Positions 45,035 to 60,392 of a DNA stretch of 64,000 nt are shown piece by piece. Position numbers and translations under genes: made by a program. A model generated the notes under the pieces. The model had not been told where the DNA came from. It saw only the letters and a program-made list of their open reading frames with translations, and ran no database searches. This DNA is from the human T2T-CHM13v2.0 reference genome, Homo sapiens, in NCBI RefSeq assembly GCF_009914755.1, contig NC_060935.1; one strand, written 5' to 3'. Position 1 is the stretch's first letter. Each line of letters begins with the position of its first letter.

Positions 45035-46154
45035 TCACCCCGTTCCTGCGGGGGCAGCCCCTGCCACATGGGGCCCTCCTGGGAAATGCCTCAGTGGGGC
45101 CTGGGCAGGCACAGGCCGAGTCCAACTGGGGTCAGCTCTAGCTGGGACTGCAAAGACCAGGGTGGAGGACACAGGGGCTTGGTGGGTGGAGGAGAGGGCA
45201 GGGGAACTGAGGTAAAGGGCAGAGGAAGGAGAGCGAGGCAGGCAGACACGGAGAAGGGAGGGCCAGGGGACAGGAAGACCGGAGATGAGGGGTGGGGCTG
45301 GCACGATGGAGCTCTCTCTGGCATTAAACAGGAATGCTCTATCACACAGCGGCCAGTGAGTCATAGGCCCTGGCTTTTTTTGAAAAATGACTATGGTCAC
45401 TGCCCTTGTTTGTTCCGTATGTTCTCTCCTTCCCTTCCCTTTCTCGGGTGAATATAGAGGACATCCGGCTCTTAGTGTTTGCAGGTCTAAGTAGCTTCCC
45501 CGCAGGTCTGCTGGGCATCAGTTGTGGCCCTCAGGTGTCCAAGTCTCAGGGTCCAGGGAGCAGGGTTACAGCTTCTCCACTGCCACCTCTCTAAGGAGAG
45601 AGGCCCCTTTCCCTCCATCTCCAGGTCTGCAGCTTCTCCCTCAAGGCTGCCCCTCTGAGCATCCTTGCACCCCTCCTGGCAAGAGAGGCCCACACACTGG
45701 GCAGGCAAGCCCTCACCCCTGCTGAGTCTCTGCGGCCTGTCTCCTGCCCAAGCCGAGTGGGGGTAGGGACAGGGAGGGTAAGGATAGAGTCGGGGGTGAT
45801 CTTCCACACAGCCTTGGCCCTTCTACAGCTGCAAGTGGGGTCGGAGCACATGATTTAGGGCCTTGAGGAATCCATCAGGAATAGAACTAGAGAATGCTGG
45901 GGCAGGGAGAGCTTGGGGCTCTCACTGAGGTCCGGAGAAGTCAAGTGATTTGGCCAAGGACACACAGGAGCTGCCCAGCCAGGGTCAATCCAGGTCTCCT
46001 CTCACTGCTCCCACCCCTCCACTCACCCCACTCCCACCCCGTCCAGCTCCACCCACAGAGTGACATGTGAGATCCCCCACATCTCATGTGCTCGGTACCG
46101 CCCAGACTGCTGCTGCTCCGAGTCCTGGCTCCATCCCTTCTGCTGAGCAACTGA

Positions 46155-46740
<586 letters not shown>

Positions 46741-48711
46741 TAAGCCTCTTGCTGTCTTTTTCTTTAAAGGGAGGAGAAAGACCTCAAACCCTGGCCTCTG
46801 AAGATGCTGCTGGGAGGAGGTATCAAGGGGTGGGGGTAGGGTGGCAGCCATTTGCCCTCCGGCCAGAGGGAGCTGGCGCCCCTGGCTGGCAGTGTTGCTG
46901 GTTAAGCTGGCACATCCCTTTGCCACCCCAGGACTTGCACACGAAGCCATTGGTTACCTACCAATTAGTGGCCAGGACAGCTGTAGGGGTGACAGGGAGG
47001 GGACCAAGAGGAGGTGGAATGGTGGACACTTAGGGATTGAAACGGGAGGTGCTCGCATTGGTTCAACAGTCAGACTGAGAAAAGGGGCTGGGCCTCAGCA
47101 GAGCTTGCCTTGACCAATAGACGACAACGTCTCTAGGTTTAGTTCCATGAAGAAAGGGAAACTGCTGTGGCAGCTCATTGGTTCTCTGCTTTTGAATTGG
47201 ATTGATTTGGGTTGGTTTCTCCTCAGATTCCTAGTAAGTTTCCTTGGAAAAACACAGGGCTTGTCTCAGCGGAACTCAGAGCCAAAGCATGTCCATGGAA
47301 GGCTCTTAACACCTCTGGGCCTCAGTGCCTTGTCTGCACCCTGGAGAGCTGGGCAGCAGCATTGAAGGTGCCTTCCGATCCTGGGATCCCCAGCCCACGT
47401 TTCCACACGCTGCTGACGGCTGGGGGAGGGGTGCCCTCTTAGCTGGACAACGGTCACCAGGGAGGTGGGCAGGGGGAGAGCAGGGGGTCCTGTGGGGGCG
47501 AGTGCCCCGGGGTGCCATCTCTTCCCAGTCCCCAGCCTGCCTGTGTGTGTTTCCTCCTTGCCTGGCTTCCTGAGGTTTGGCCTAGGGCGATGTGCAGGCC
47601 CCTCCTCTCTGCACAGAGCCTTCCCTGCATGGCTCCTGGAGAGGGACTGGAGGGAGGGGCTGTCCCCACTCAGCCTCCCCTCCATCCAAGGAGGTGTGCC
47701 AGGCACCAGGAGCCACCGAGGGGGGAAGGTGTTGGGGAGCTCTGGATGAGTGTCAGCAGACACAGGAGACACGGAGACAGGAGACACCACCCTCAGCACT
47801 AGCATGGACCCGGGGAGAAGGCAGCGGGAGGCTGGCAGCTTTCTGGGTTGCCCCAGTGTGGGCTGCAGGGGCCTCTGTGAGCAACCTGTGCCCTGGGTTG
47901 GTGCTCTGATAGGGGCATGTCTGCCAGGAGGGGCAGAGGCAGGGGCATGAGGATCCCACGTGGAGCTTGTTGAGGAGGTAACAGAGGCCAGGGGCCAGTG
48001 TGGCAGGAGGCCTGGGATGGAGGACCACTCAAGTCTTCAGCATGGCCATAGAGCCTGGCTTGCTGGTCCTGATTCTCTTTTCTGGTTTTCTGCTCGGGGT
48101 GGGGTTGAGAGCAACTCCGCCCAGGGGGCCTGATGACTGCTTTGCTGCGTGTGCCTGGGGAGGGAGGCGCTGCCCTGCAGCCTCAGCTTGGGGTGAGATG
48201 ACACTTCCATGGGGACTGCAGGAGTAGGGAGGGGTGGCAAACAGCAAGCATGGATTGCACAAGCCACAGCAGGGGCTGGGGGCCCCCGGTGTCCTGGGAA
48301 GCAGTGGCCAAGCTGGTGATGATGTGGAGAAGCGGGAAGGGTCGGAGAGAGCCTGGAAGCAGAAGGCAGTCAGGACAGGGGCCAGCTGACCCCAGAGGCC
48401 AGGAGTCAGGGCTCCTGAAGAGAAAGGATGGAAGGAATGGAGCGGGGACGAGCAAGAGCCAGTGTCCCAGAGAGGAAGGAGTTGTGGGTTCCGGCGGCAG
48501 GCAGGAGACAGGTCTCTGGGGTCCCTAGGCCCAAGCTGGCTGGGACCTCCTCTCCCCACTGCTTTGTCTACACTAAACCCTCAGGACGGGGGAGGGCGGA
48601 GACACTAGCGGCCAGCACAGGCCTCCCTACCCCCTGCTGGGTTCCCTCCCCAGCTAGCCAGGAAGTCCCTTCCCCCCTTCCCAGGGCCATTCTCATCATC
48701 TCCTTCCGTAC

Positions 48712-48747
48712 CTGCTTCCAGCCCGGCTCCCGACTTCATTTCCGAAC
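48712..48747 (-). CDS. KIRREL3: KIRREL3 36-nt juxtamembrane cassette exon (GSEMKSGAGLEA)
   Basis: ccaaacag|GT acceptor, GCAG|gtacgg donor, symmetric phase 1/1; not in the ORF track. Confidence 0.9.
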
Positions 48748-50123
48748 CTGTTTGGAAATAAAGCAAGCGTCTACAGCCAGGGCCTGGCTGGCCAGGGTGG
48801 GGTGGGACTGGGAATTAGCTGCTTGAGGGGGGCTGGGTGAGGGGCTCCTTTCCCAGTCATGTCTCTGGGACCCCCCAACAGATCCAGGCTAGCCCAGCTG
48901 AACTTGGAGTTCATTCAGGCTGACTTAGAGACTCTGGAGGGGCTAGGGACCGGAGAGAGATCACGTCTCGGAGGGGTCTGGGAGGGTTGGGGTGAGAACA
49001 CTCGGGGGAGGGCATGGGGATGGGGGCACCAAGGGGAAGACACGGAGGGTAGGCAACAGGGGACCAGGAAGGTTTGGGATGATGTGTGGATGATATTATG
49101 CAAATTATGTGCAAAGCATTATGCAAAGCAGCACCTATTAGGGAAGAGGTGTTGGGAGATGCTGTGTGATTTGACCCATAGGTGTGATCCTGGTGTGGCC
49201 CACTGAGGCCTGGGGGCCCAGCTGAGACCACCCACTTGGCCTAGAATCTCTTGCTGGGCCTGACAGCCTGCGAATGGACCTTTACCTAAGAGGGTGTCAG
49301 AGATCGTCAGGACTGAGGCCTCCTGGGCCCCAGAGGCCCAGGCCCAGCTGAGCACGAATCCCTGGTCCACCATGGCTTAGCCCCTGCTGGCAAAAGGGCA
49401 AGATCAACTGCCCCTCTCAGAACCCGGCTTGCTGCTGGCTGTGGTGGGGCTTCTGGAGCCACCCCTCCGTGCCCCTCCAAGGCTCCCCATCCTGTTGTCT
49501 GTGCCTGAGAGCTCTGAGCAGACGCTGGAGATCTGAGCCTCTTTGACCAGGAGCTGGGACGTCAGCGCACGGGGGCACAGTGGGGTGAGGCTTGTTTCTC
49601 CTGCCTCCTCCCTCTCACCCACCCGGCTGCTTTGCCCAGCGCTGCCTTTGAGGTACAGGGGTCCATGTGCCTCCTGGGTCTGCAGGTCATCTGAGCCCAG
49701 CCCCCGACCCTAGGGATCTGGACAAGCAAGCCTAACCCCTTAGCTTTAGCCTGGGTGCCCTCTGTGGGACTTCTGTCTGAGTAACTGGATGGGCTTGTCA
49801 TCTTAACTGTGACTGGGCCAGGTTCCCAGCACACCCATGCCAGTGTATCCCACGCTCCACCCAGGCATGACACTTTGGTGTCAGACCAGGGCCCATGGCA
49901 GAGGGCAGGGCACAGAAGCCAGGGCCTCTGGAGGCTGCTGGGCAGCTTGTCACTGCCACCAGCCTGCTCACTGTTGTGGTCACCTCCCACTGAAGCATCG
50001 CCCTCAAGGGCTGCCCCTCTGAGCTGTGTTCTTCCCTTTCTTGGTTCCTGGTGGAGGCTCGTGCCCCTTGCTTCAGCGAGAGCCTGGCTGAGGAGGCTGC
50101 TGGCTGGCTAGGCTGTGTGGTCA

Positions 50124-50471
<348 letters not shown>

Positions 50472-50539
50472 TCAGGAGGAGACCCCACCAGAGGGGCCCA
50501 GGACACGCCCACACCAGAGTCACAGTGCCACTGTCCTGC

Positions 50540-51470
50540 TCATGTTCATGCTCACTGCCACACACTAACACATGTGCACACGGGTATGTATGCAGGCACA
50601 CATGCCACACACCACAAATATGCACACATGCAGGTGCACACACAACACGCATCACCACACATGGGCATGCACAGCATCCCACACGGCACCCACATGCAGG
50701 TACACGTGTGCACACACAACACACAAACACATCACACGTCTATACACAGCTCCCCACACATGGCCAACACGTTTATATACATACTACACACACCACAAAT
50801 GTGTACACACAGCTCTGCACACACACGTGTGCACCCACTATAACACACACATCACCACGTACACATACCAATGTATATACACACAGGTTTGTACACACAC
50901 ACCACACTACAAACATGCATATGCAAGTACATGTACCACAACACACATAAACATGCATCACAACACATGCACACACCAAAGCACACAACACATCACAGCG
51001 CACACATGCCTGCACATATGTGCACATGTCACAACATGCATACACACATCACAGTACATGCACATCACACTTCACACTAAAAACATGATACAGACATGTA
51101 CATACACATGGCAGACACGACGCCACATCTACACGCAACACACAGCCACTCCCCGAAATACATGTACACATGCACACACACACCAAGATGCACGCACCAT
51201 ATGCCACAATACAACACACAATACAAGCATGCTTACACACATGTACATACCACAACACACACTGCAACACATACACACATTCGCCATACACACCATCATG
51301 TGTACTTACAGGTACACACACTATGACATACACACACACCATGTGCTCACACACACAAGTACACACACTACCAACAGATACACATGTTCACACATGCCAT
51401 GACACATGTACACGGTAACACACCCACACCACACATGTACACAATCCACAAACACATGTACACACACATA
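50540..51470. repeat. About 930-bp degenerate (CA)/(CATG) low-complexity tract
   Basis: CA-rich with interspersed CATG/TACA; source of spurious His/Thr-rich ORFs. Confidence 0.93.
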
Positions 51471-51849
51471 CTCTGGGGCATCCTCAGAGGGTCTTTCCAT
51501 CCCAGAAAGGGGCCTGGGGAGCATCTTTCTGGGCAAAGTGGGTGCCCTGTTGGCCTGCGCACTGCGCCTCCACACAAATGCCCCCCGGGACTGTGGCTGC
51601 CTGGGTGGGTGTGAGTTAGGACAGCAGCCCCATGAACGCGTCTACCTGTGTGATGTTGTATGTCTGTGTGAGAAATGTGTCTACAGAGCTGTGTTTGCGA
51701 TCACCTTCGTCTGCCTTAGTTTACAGGGCTGCTGGTTAACAGTTTTCAGAGCCGGCCACATACACTGTCTGCACCTCATCGTGTAAGCGCCTCGTATATC
51801 CTGGTTCGGGGCTGATGAGAGGGACTGAGTTTCTCAAGCTTGCTGCTAT

Positions 51850-52025
51850 TGTCACGCTGGACTGACCCATTCCTGGCCGTGGGGCTCTCCCAGGCATTGC
51901 AGGATATCAGCAGCACCCTGGCCTCTACACACCCGGTGCCAGGAGTATCCTCCAAGTGATGACAACCAAAATGTCTCCAGGCACTGCCAAATGTCCCCTG
52001 GGGCCAGTGAGAACCGCTGGCCTAG
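51850..52025. mobile_element. MER20-like DNA transposon
   Basis: gtgacaaccaaaatgtctccaggcactgccaaatgtcccctggg...gagaaccgctgg-type motif. Confidence 0.75.
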
Positions 52026-52547
52026 AATCAGATATTTCTGGAGAGAAGGTGTGAAAATGTCCAAGAGTGAATGGAATATTTGACAATGAGCATGTGTTAC
52101 ATTTATAATTAAAAACATCAAAAAGCAAAGTGAATGGGGAGGCGTAGGTATTAGTTTTATTCATGAGTTCTTGCAATTTTTTTGTGAATCTTTCAGACAG
52201 TGAATGAACTGAATGCTTGAGAAAGCGTGTAGCAGCAATAATACTCTAATAATATCTTAGTTAACAGGATGACAGTTTCAGTTGGTGCAGCCTGGGTGTC
52301 TCAGCCCCCGCATGCACGGGTTAGGGGTGACCTCAGCTGCTTCACATCTGGGCCAGCCCCACCCTCCCTGCACAACTGCCCTGCCCACTCCACCCCTGGA
52401 CAGTCTTCTAGCAGGATTTTGCCATACACTGGGAATTACTACAAATAAGTTTTCCCCGAGTAGTGCTATAAAATGCTCACTTTTCTTTGTTTTCATGCCT
52501 GAGATCCCTCCAGTTTTAGATGGATTTGAGTACAAGACTCTGCCCCT

Positions 52548-53310
<763 letters not shown>

Positions 53311-53777
53311 CAAGCAGATAGCTGGTAGGAGGCGCTGAGGGTGGACTCCTCAGTTGCCTTAGCTGCATTGCAGGGATAAGTTCTTTGAGGAAGGGAGAGA
53401 GAATGGAATGGTCACTTTAGAGGGGACGATTGATAGGCAACAGGGCAGGCTACCATGGACAGTAAAGGCCACAGAGACCTGGCAAGGAGGGCTCCAGGAG
53501 GCACAGAAAGGGGTTGCCAACTATTACCTGCGCTCTAAGATTTTGCTAAAGACTGGCCTGGAGCCCAGGAAGAGAAGAAGTCACTTGTCTTTTCTCTCCA
53601 CTACCCTCGTGTGCCCCTCTGCCCTTAGGTTGCGGAATTTGGTCAGAGCCGTTCATGTCAGAGCTCAGCAGAATGGCAGCTGAACCCTGGGAGAGCACTG
53701 CCTATTCTGAGAAAGGCCTGCAATTGTGTCTTCACGATGCTTTTCCAAGACAGCCAAGGCAGGTATAATTTTCCTCA

Positions 53778-54062
<285 letters not shown>

Positions 54063-54447
54063 TCAGAAGTGTATTCATTAATCCAAGCATTCAGCAAACA
54101 TTTGCCGAAGGCCTGTATGTGCAAGGTAAAGTGCAAGGTAGAGGACTCAGAGATAAATTAGGCATTCAGTCATAAACCTCTCAAGGGATCATGAGCGAAT
54201 GCTTCTAAGTCAGAACCCCCAGAAGATACAAATAACTGTAATAAAAGGTGGTGAGTGTTAGTACCACAGGAGCGGTGCAGATAAAGTGCTAACCGACTTC
54301 AGAGGAGAGAGAATAATTCTATCTGGCGGACGGGGAAAGCTTTAGGGAGGAGGTGGTAAGCCTGCAGAGGGGGTGGGGAGGTGTCTAGATGAAGGAAGAC
54401 TCCCCCGCCTCAGCCAGCGGCACCCCTGCGAGCCATTCCTCAGATAT

Positions 54448-54462
54448 CCAGTAGAGGGCGCC
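54448..54462 (+). promoter_or_regulatory. CTCF motif CCAGTAGAGGGCGCC
   Basis: Exact fit to the core consensus CCASYAGRKGGCRS. Confidence 0.65.
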
Positions 54463-55433
54463 CTTGCCTAACAAATGGGAGCTGCTCGGCCAGACGGGCC
54501 AACGGGAAGAAATGGTTGCTGTCCCTCTCCTTAGGGCGGGAATCACCCCGGACAGGGGGAATGCATGCGCTGGCCGTGTTCACAGCCCTCCTCCCACCTG
54601 TGTCTCAGGAGGTCCTGCAGTTCATCATCTTGTCTGCCTCCACGTCCATACCCAGACTGCCCAAGTGAGGCCATGGCTCCCAAACTGACCCCAATATTAT
54701 CATATCACAGAGTGTGGCACATGTTTATGGGTGTCAGGTTCTGAGAGCGCCTGTCTCATTCACCACATTGCACAGCCAAGAGAGTTCACCTGGTGGAGGG
54801 GAGCCTGTTCCCCAGCGCCTCCTGTCCAGTTCCGCCTGTTACCTAACCCAAGTCTTTCCCCTGTGACGCCTGCCTGGCCGTGAAAGACAAAAGAAGGAGC
54901 AGCTAGCTTAGCCTGGGCTCTGCTGGCTTCCTGGCTGGGCTGGGTGGTTGAAGGATGGGAGTAGGGACGGAAACTGTCATGCTCCCTTTCCAATCCCTGG
55001 GGTCACAGTTGGGACTTAGATGGCAGATACCAGAGGAAAGACAGCCGGGAGCAACGCATCTGGAGAACACACAGAATTATGCAGGAACAAAACAAAAATT
55101 GCTGCAAACATAATTGCTGTTTATTAGCCACCTTAATTAAAGCAGATTTGCATTTCTATGAGTAGCTCTCAGCCAAGGGAGAAAAGGTACTGTAGACACT
55201 CCAGTGACTTCTGTTGAGTTTGAGAAGGCAAAAGGGCTCGGGGCAGCGTGAGGTGGGCGTGGGGGACCCTCCATGGCTTTAAGAATGGGCTGAGCGCTGC
55301 CCTCCTTCCTAAAAATCCTTCAGCTCCAACAGGTCTAGGACCCAAAGAGATGAGGAGATTGATGTTTTAGGAACCGGATGGTGCTTTGTTTTATTGCTGG
55401 ACTAAAACGTGATGATAATATAAAACCTTTTCT

Positions 55434-55822
<389 letters not shown>

Positions 55823-57790
55823 CTAGGAATTCCCTGAGGGGTTTTCATGATTCTAAAAGCCATCATCAAATGCATCTGCTTCTTAAAAGAAAATGAAAAC
55901 CAGGATAAAGGGAAATGGGGTGAGGGTTAGTAAGATTTCTCTCCCCTTCCTGCAGATACCTGATTTGAGCCAAATCGGTTGAGGTGTGTGCCAATTTCTT
56001 TCCCAAAGGACTGCTGCGCTGGCCAGCAGTTGTCCAAGGCTGGGATTTGTCGCGATAAAAACCTGATCTCATTTGAATGCTTTCATATCACCAGCTCCCT
56101 CCAGCCCATGCCCAGGTCCCATCCACTGGGCGTCCCCCCTCCCTCTGCCTGCTCTGCAGAAGCAGGGGCAGACAGTTCGCCCCCTGGCAGGTCTGGTGCG
56201 CTCCCCTCCGGGGCCACTGAACTCATCCACCTGCCTCCAGGTGTGTGAGGCCACCCTAGTCAAGAAATAAACAAGCAGCTTCTTTGCTTCCCTCCAATCC
56301 CTCCAGCTTTTCTCTGCCTGGAAGCCTCGGGGAGCTTGTGCTGGCAGGGGTGGAGGCAGAGGAGGGGAGAGAAAGAGACCTGGAGAGTGCAGATTCAACC
56401 TTGGTCAGCGCCAGGGCCCGGGTTTCAGTGCCCTCCCCGTCCAAGAGAAATGTCCCTCCCGGCCTGTGTTCCCCAGGGGGCATTCTCTCCTCAAGAAATC
56501 TCTTTAAATCTCCCTTGGAAATGTCTGAACGTCTAAAGTGACAGCAGATGTCAGCTCCTCCTTTATCCACCTGCTTTTCCCCAGAAACGCCAATGCTCAT
56601 TTGATGCTCCAGGCTTGGGGGCCCTGGAGTGCATGAGTGAGTGTGAGGGTCCCGGGCTGGCTGGTCATAGGGCCAGCAGAGCAGAGCCGGCTGCAGGCAC
56701 AGACAGCCTGACTTCCGAGTGCCCTGGCTGGCGCGGGCTGTGTGGAGGGCCGCTGATTTCACTGGGGCCTGGAGCTCTGAGCCGAGTGTCAGACACCTGC
56801 GCTGAAAGGAAAAGGCTGCAGCCTGTGTTGCCATGGATATACGGAGGCGCGATCAGATGCTGTTATTTTTAGCCCTGCAGTGCCAATTTATTGGTGGCAT
56901 CCTGGGGACACTCAGGAAAGGCAGGAGGGCTCCGACTCAGGGCTCTGCCAGGACAGGTGGCTGTGAACGTGCTGGGGTCTGGGTAGACTCAGCCTCCCTT
57001 GGGGGCTGCCACGACTCTGGGGTGGGGGGAGAGGAATGGAAATGCGGGGCAGTGTCGGGGGAGCTGGTGAATGGAGACAGTAGAGAGGTATGGCTGAGGA
57101 GACACCAAGCTGGTTTTGGTTTTCTAGCGAAGGGGAGAATAGATGAGGCCATCAGCAGGTGGCTTTCTGGGTAGAGAGGAAGCTGAAGCCCACGAGCTAA
57201 TTTGGAGACCTCAGGAGGGCCCTGCTCTGGGGCCAGGACCCAGATGTCCTGCAAATGTTGGTGGTTCAGTTCCTGCAGGGTCCCAGAGCTTTGGGGTTTT
57301 GATCTGAGTCAGGCTATGGTGGGAACAGGGGCCTCCCAAAGGGCAGTGGGCATGACAGAGGTGAGGGGGGAGCATTCGGAAACGGCAGAGGAATCGAACT
57401 GGCAGCTTTGCTTTTTGCCTGTGGCCAAAGCACCAGATAGGGCAGGGACGTCCGCATTTGCGTCCTGGTGCCACAACCTTCTTGGGTCTGGCCTGAGCCA
57501 GGTCTCAGCTTCTCCATGACTGTCTACACCCCATCATTCAGGCCTGGTGTGATGCCCTTGTCCCTACATATTTCATGTAACAGTCATTCATCTACTAACT
57601 CCCACCGTGAAAATACTCCCCTGCTGCAATTATTTTTATTATATATAATAAGACATGCTCCCTGCCCTCAAGGGGGCCCCTGAACACGTGGCCTCGTGGA
57701 GACGGTGACAGGGCTCCCTGGCTGGGTGACTCACACGCATTGGGAAGAGGCTGATCAGGAGCTGCAGAGATGCTCTCTTAAATTCTCATG

Positions 57791-58057
57791 GGGCCAGGAG
57801 AGGTGGCTCACGCCTATAATCCCAGCACTTTGGGAGGCCGAGGCAGGTGGCTCACTTGAGGTTAGGAGTTGGAGACCAACAATGGTGAAACCCTGTCTCT
57901 ACTAAAAATACAAAAATTAGCTGGGCGTAGTGGCACGTGCCTGTAGTCCCAGCTACTCAGGAAGGTGAGGTTGCAGTGAGCTGAGATCGTGCCACTGCAT
58001 TCCAGTCTGGACAACAGAGCGAGACTCCATCTCAAAAAGCAAAAAACCAACAAAAAA
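57791..58057 (+). mobile_element. Alu with internal right-arm deletion
   Basis: Alu consensus lacking about 35 nt of the right arm; TSD AAATTCTCA. Confidence 0.88.
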
Positions 58058-58419
58058 TTCTCACGGGCCAAGGCCATGGTGAGTGGATGAAAGGGTGGAC
58101 ACGTTGGCCACCTAGTGACCTCTGATGCTTTTTTTCCTGGCCAGGATAAAATTCATCACCCACCACTCTCAGGGCTGAGACCCCTTCAAAGCTAACAAAC
58201 AAAAAGAGAGGTGACTAGAAAACTACCCAGGCCCTTCCTCCCTCAGCCTGGGTCTGACGGGGAATCCAGGAGGTGGACCTAATTGTTGTCTACCCATAGT
58301 TGGAGGTGACAGCAAGGCCCAGAGCCAGCGACAGCTCCTTTGGGGCTATGCCTGGTGCCAAGATGCCTGAGGTCCTTCTTCCCTCCCTCAGGCCTGGCTC
58401 ACCCCAGCGAGGGTCTTAC

Positions 58420-58546
58420 CATTGACGGTCAGGGTCACCTCTCTCTCCCCGGCTCCCACACGGGGCACCACAGCCCGGCACACGTACTTGCCCGCGTCCT
58501 CCTGGCGCACGGATTTGAGGGTCAGGGTCTTCTCATTGCTCAGGAC
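58420..58546 (-). CDS. KIRREL3: KIRREL3 coding exon, Ig4 C-half ([42 protein letters not shown])
   Basis: cctag|GTC acceptor, AATG|gtaaga donor; D-x-G-x-Y-x-C Ig motif; 127 nt. Confidence 0.96.
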
Positions 58547-59307
58547 CTAGGAGAATTGGCAGGCTCAGACGCCAAGAGCAGGCGGAGGGGTGCACTCTTG
58601 TCTCTGGGAACAAGGCAGCTGAGAGGCTGGCCTGGGGTAACTGAGGCAGTCTCCGGCATCTCAGTAGGAAGCAAGGTGGGGAGGAAAGAGGCCAAAAGTT
58701 TCCTGGCCCAGACAATGCCTGTGGGCTGTACAGAGGAGACTGTACCAGCAGAGAGGCCGCCCCGTGTGACTGAGGATGTTACATCCCAGGCGCAGCCCTG
58801 TGGGCTGGGGGCATGTGGGGGCACATGTGCCGGAGGAGGGGGATGCCTGCCTGGGGACTTCCAGGTTTCCTCCTACAGGAACCTCCCTGTACCTGCGGTG
58901 GCTTCTCCTCTCCCAGGCTAGCCATGGGTGACATGATCCTACAGCTGAACTTCTCTGGGGGCTCCTGGACCTGTTTTCAGAGTCATTTTCAGGATCCCTT
59001 TGGGATATAGCTTGGAGTGATGAAAACAGGCTCTGGCATGAGCTTGGTCTGCGTTCGAATCCCGGCTCCAGCAGTGAACACCTGTGTCTCTTTGGTCAGT
59101 TACTTATCTTCTCAGACGCTCCCTTTCTATGTATGGAGGCTGCTAGGATAATGCAGCGTCTGCTACATAACAGGCCACACAAAGGTCGGTTTCCTTCTGG
59201 TCCCCCTGCTTCCCTACCTGGGACTCTCCCTGTTCCTTCCTATGTGAGGACATCTGACAATCTCTTATGCACCGAAGAATATATACGTCTTAAAAGAGGA
59301 ACACAAG

Positions 59308-59613
59308 GGCTGGACACGGTGGCTCACGCCTGTAATCCCAGCACTTTGGGAGGCCGAGGTGGGCGGATCACCTGAGGTTGGGAGTTTGAGACTAGTGTGA
59401 CCAACATGGAGAAACCCTGTCTCTACTAAAAATACAAAATTAGCTGGGCGTGGTGGCCCATACCCATAGTCCCAGCTACTCAGGAGGCTGAGGCAGGAGA
59501 ATTACTTGAACCCGGGAGGCGGAGTTTGTGGTAAGCCAAGATCACGCCGTTGCACTCCAGCCTGGGCAACAAGAGCAAAACTCCATCTCAAAAAAAAAAA
59601 AAAAAAAAAAAAA
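59308..59613 (+). mobile_element. Alu (AluS-like)
   Basis: Alu consensus; TSD GGAACACA. Confidence 0.92.
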
Positions 59614-59682
59614 TGGAACACAGGAAAGTGAAGCCCAAGTCCAAGGCTAACGGTGGCTTTATTTGGGGGAAGTTTAAAAGGC

Positions 59683-59945
59683 TCTTTCTTTCTCTTTCTT
59701 TTCTTTCTCTTTCTTTTCTTTCTCTCTCTCTTTCTTTCTTTCTTTCTCTCTCTCTCTTCCTTTCTTCCTTTCTTTCTTTCTCTCTCTCTCTTCCTTTCTT
59801 CCTTTCTTTCTTTCCTTTCTTCTTCTTTTTTTCCCCCAAGGTCTTGCTACGTTGCCCAGGCTGGACTTAAACTCTTGAGCTCATGTGATCCTTCCACCTC
59901 AGCCTCCTGAGTAGCTGGGACTACAGGTGTGTGCCACTGTGCCCA
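59683..59945 (-). repeat. (CT/TTTC)n pyrimidine tract followed by a partial antisense Alu
   Basis: About 150-nt polypyrimidine tract as expanded tail of an Alu fragment. Confidence 0.88.
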
Positions 59946-60119
59946 CTTGAAAAGCCTTTCTAGTGCCTTCCCTCCCAGCACATTGGTGACCACCTACTTT
60001 TCTTGTAAGGTTTAGGACAGGGCAAGAGTGCAATGGCTGAATGTGCTCAGGGTGGGACAGGCACATGGGGGTGCCTGGGTTCCCCCTCCTCTTTCTGGGA
60101 TCTTTCTCCCTGTGGCTTA

Positions 60120-60392
<273 letters not shown>

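Noticed and set aside
58340-58921. 193-aa + strand ORF (also 50193-50843 and 38031-38420)
   Set aside because: Antisense shadows of KIRREL3 exons in GC-rich DNA
59050-59070. tRNA-like T-loop/B-box GTTCGAATCCCGGCTCCA
   Set aside because: Head of a tRNA-derived MIR SINE; no cloverleaf or acceptor stem
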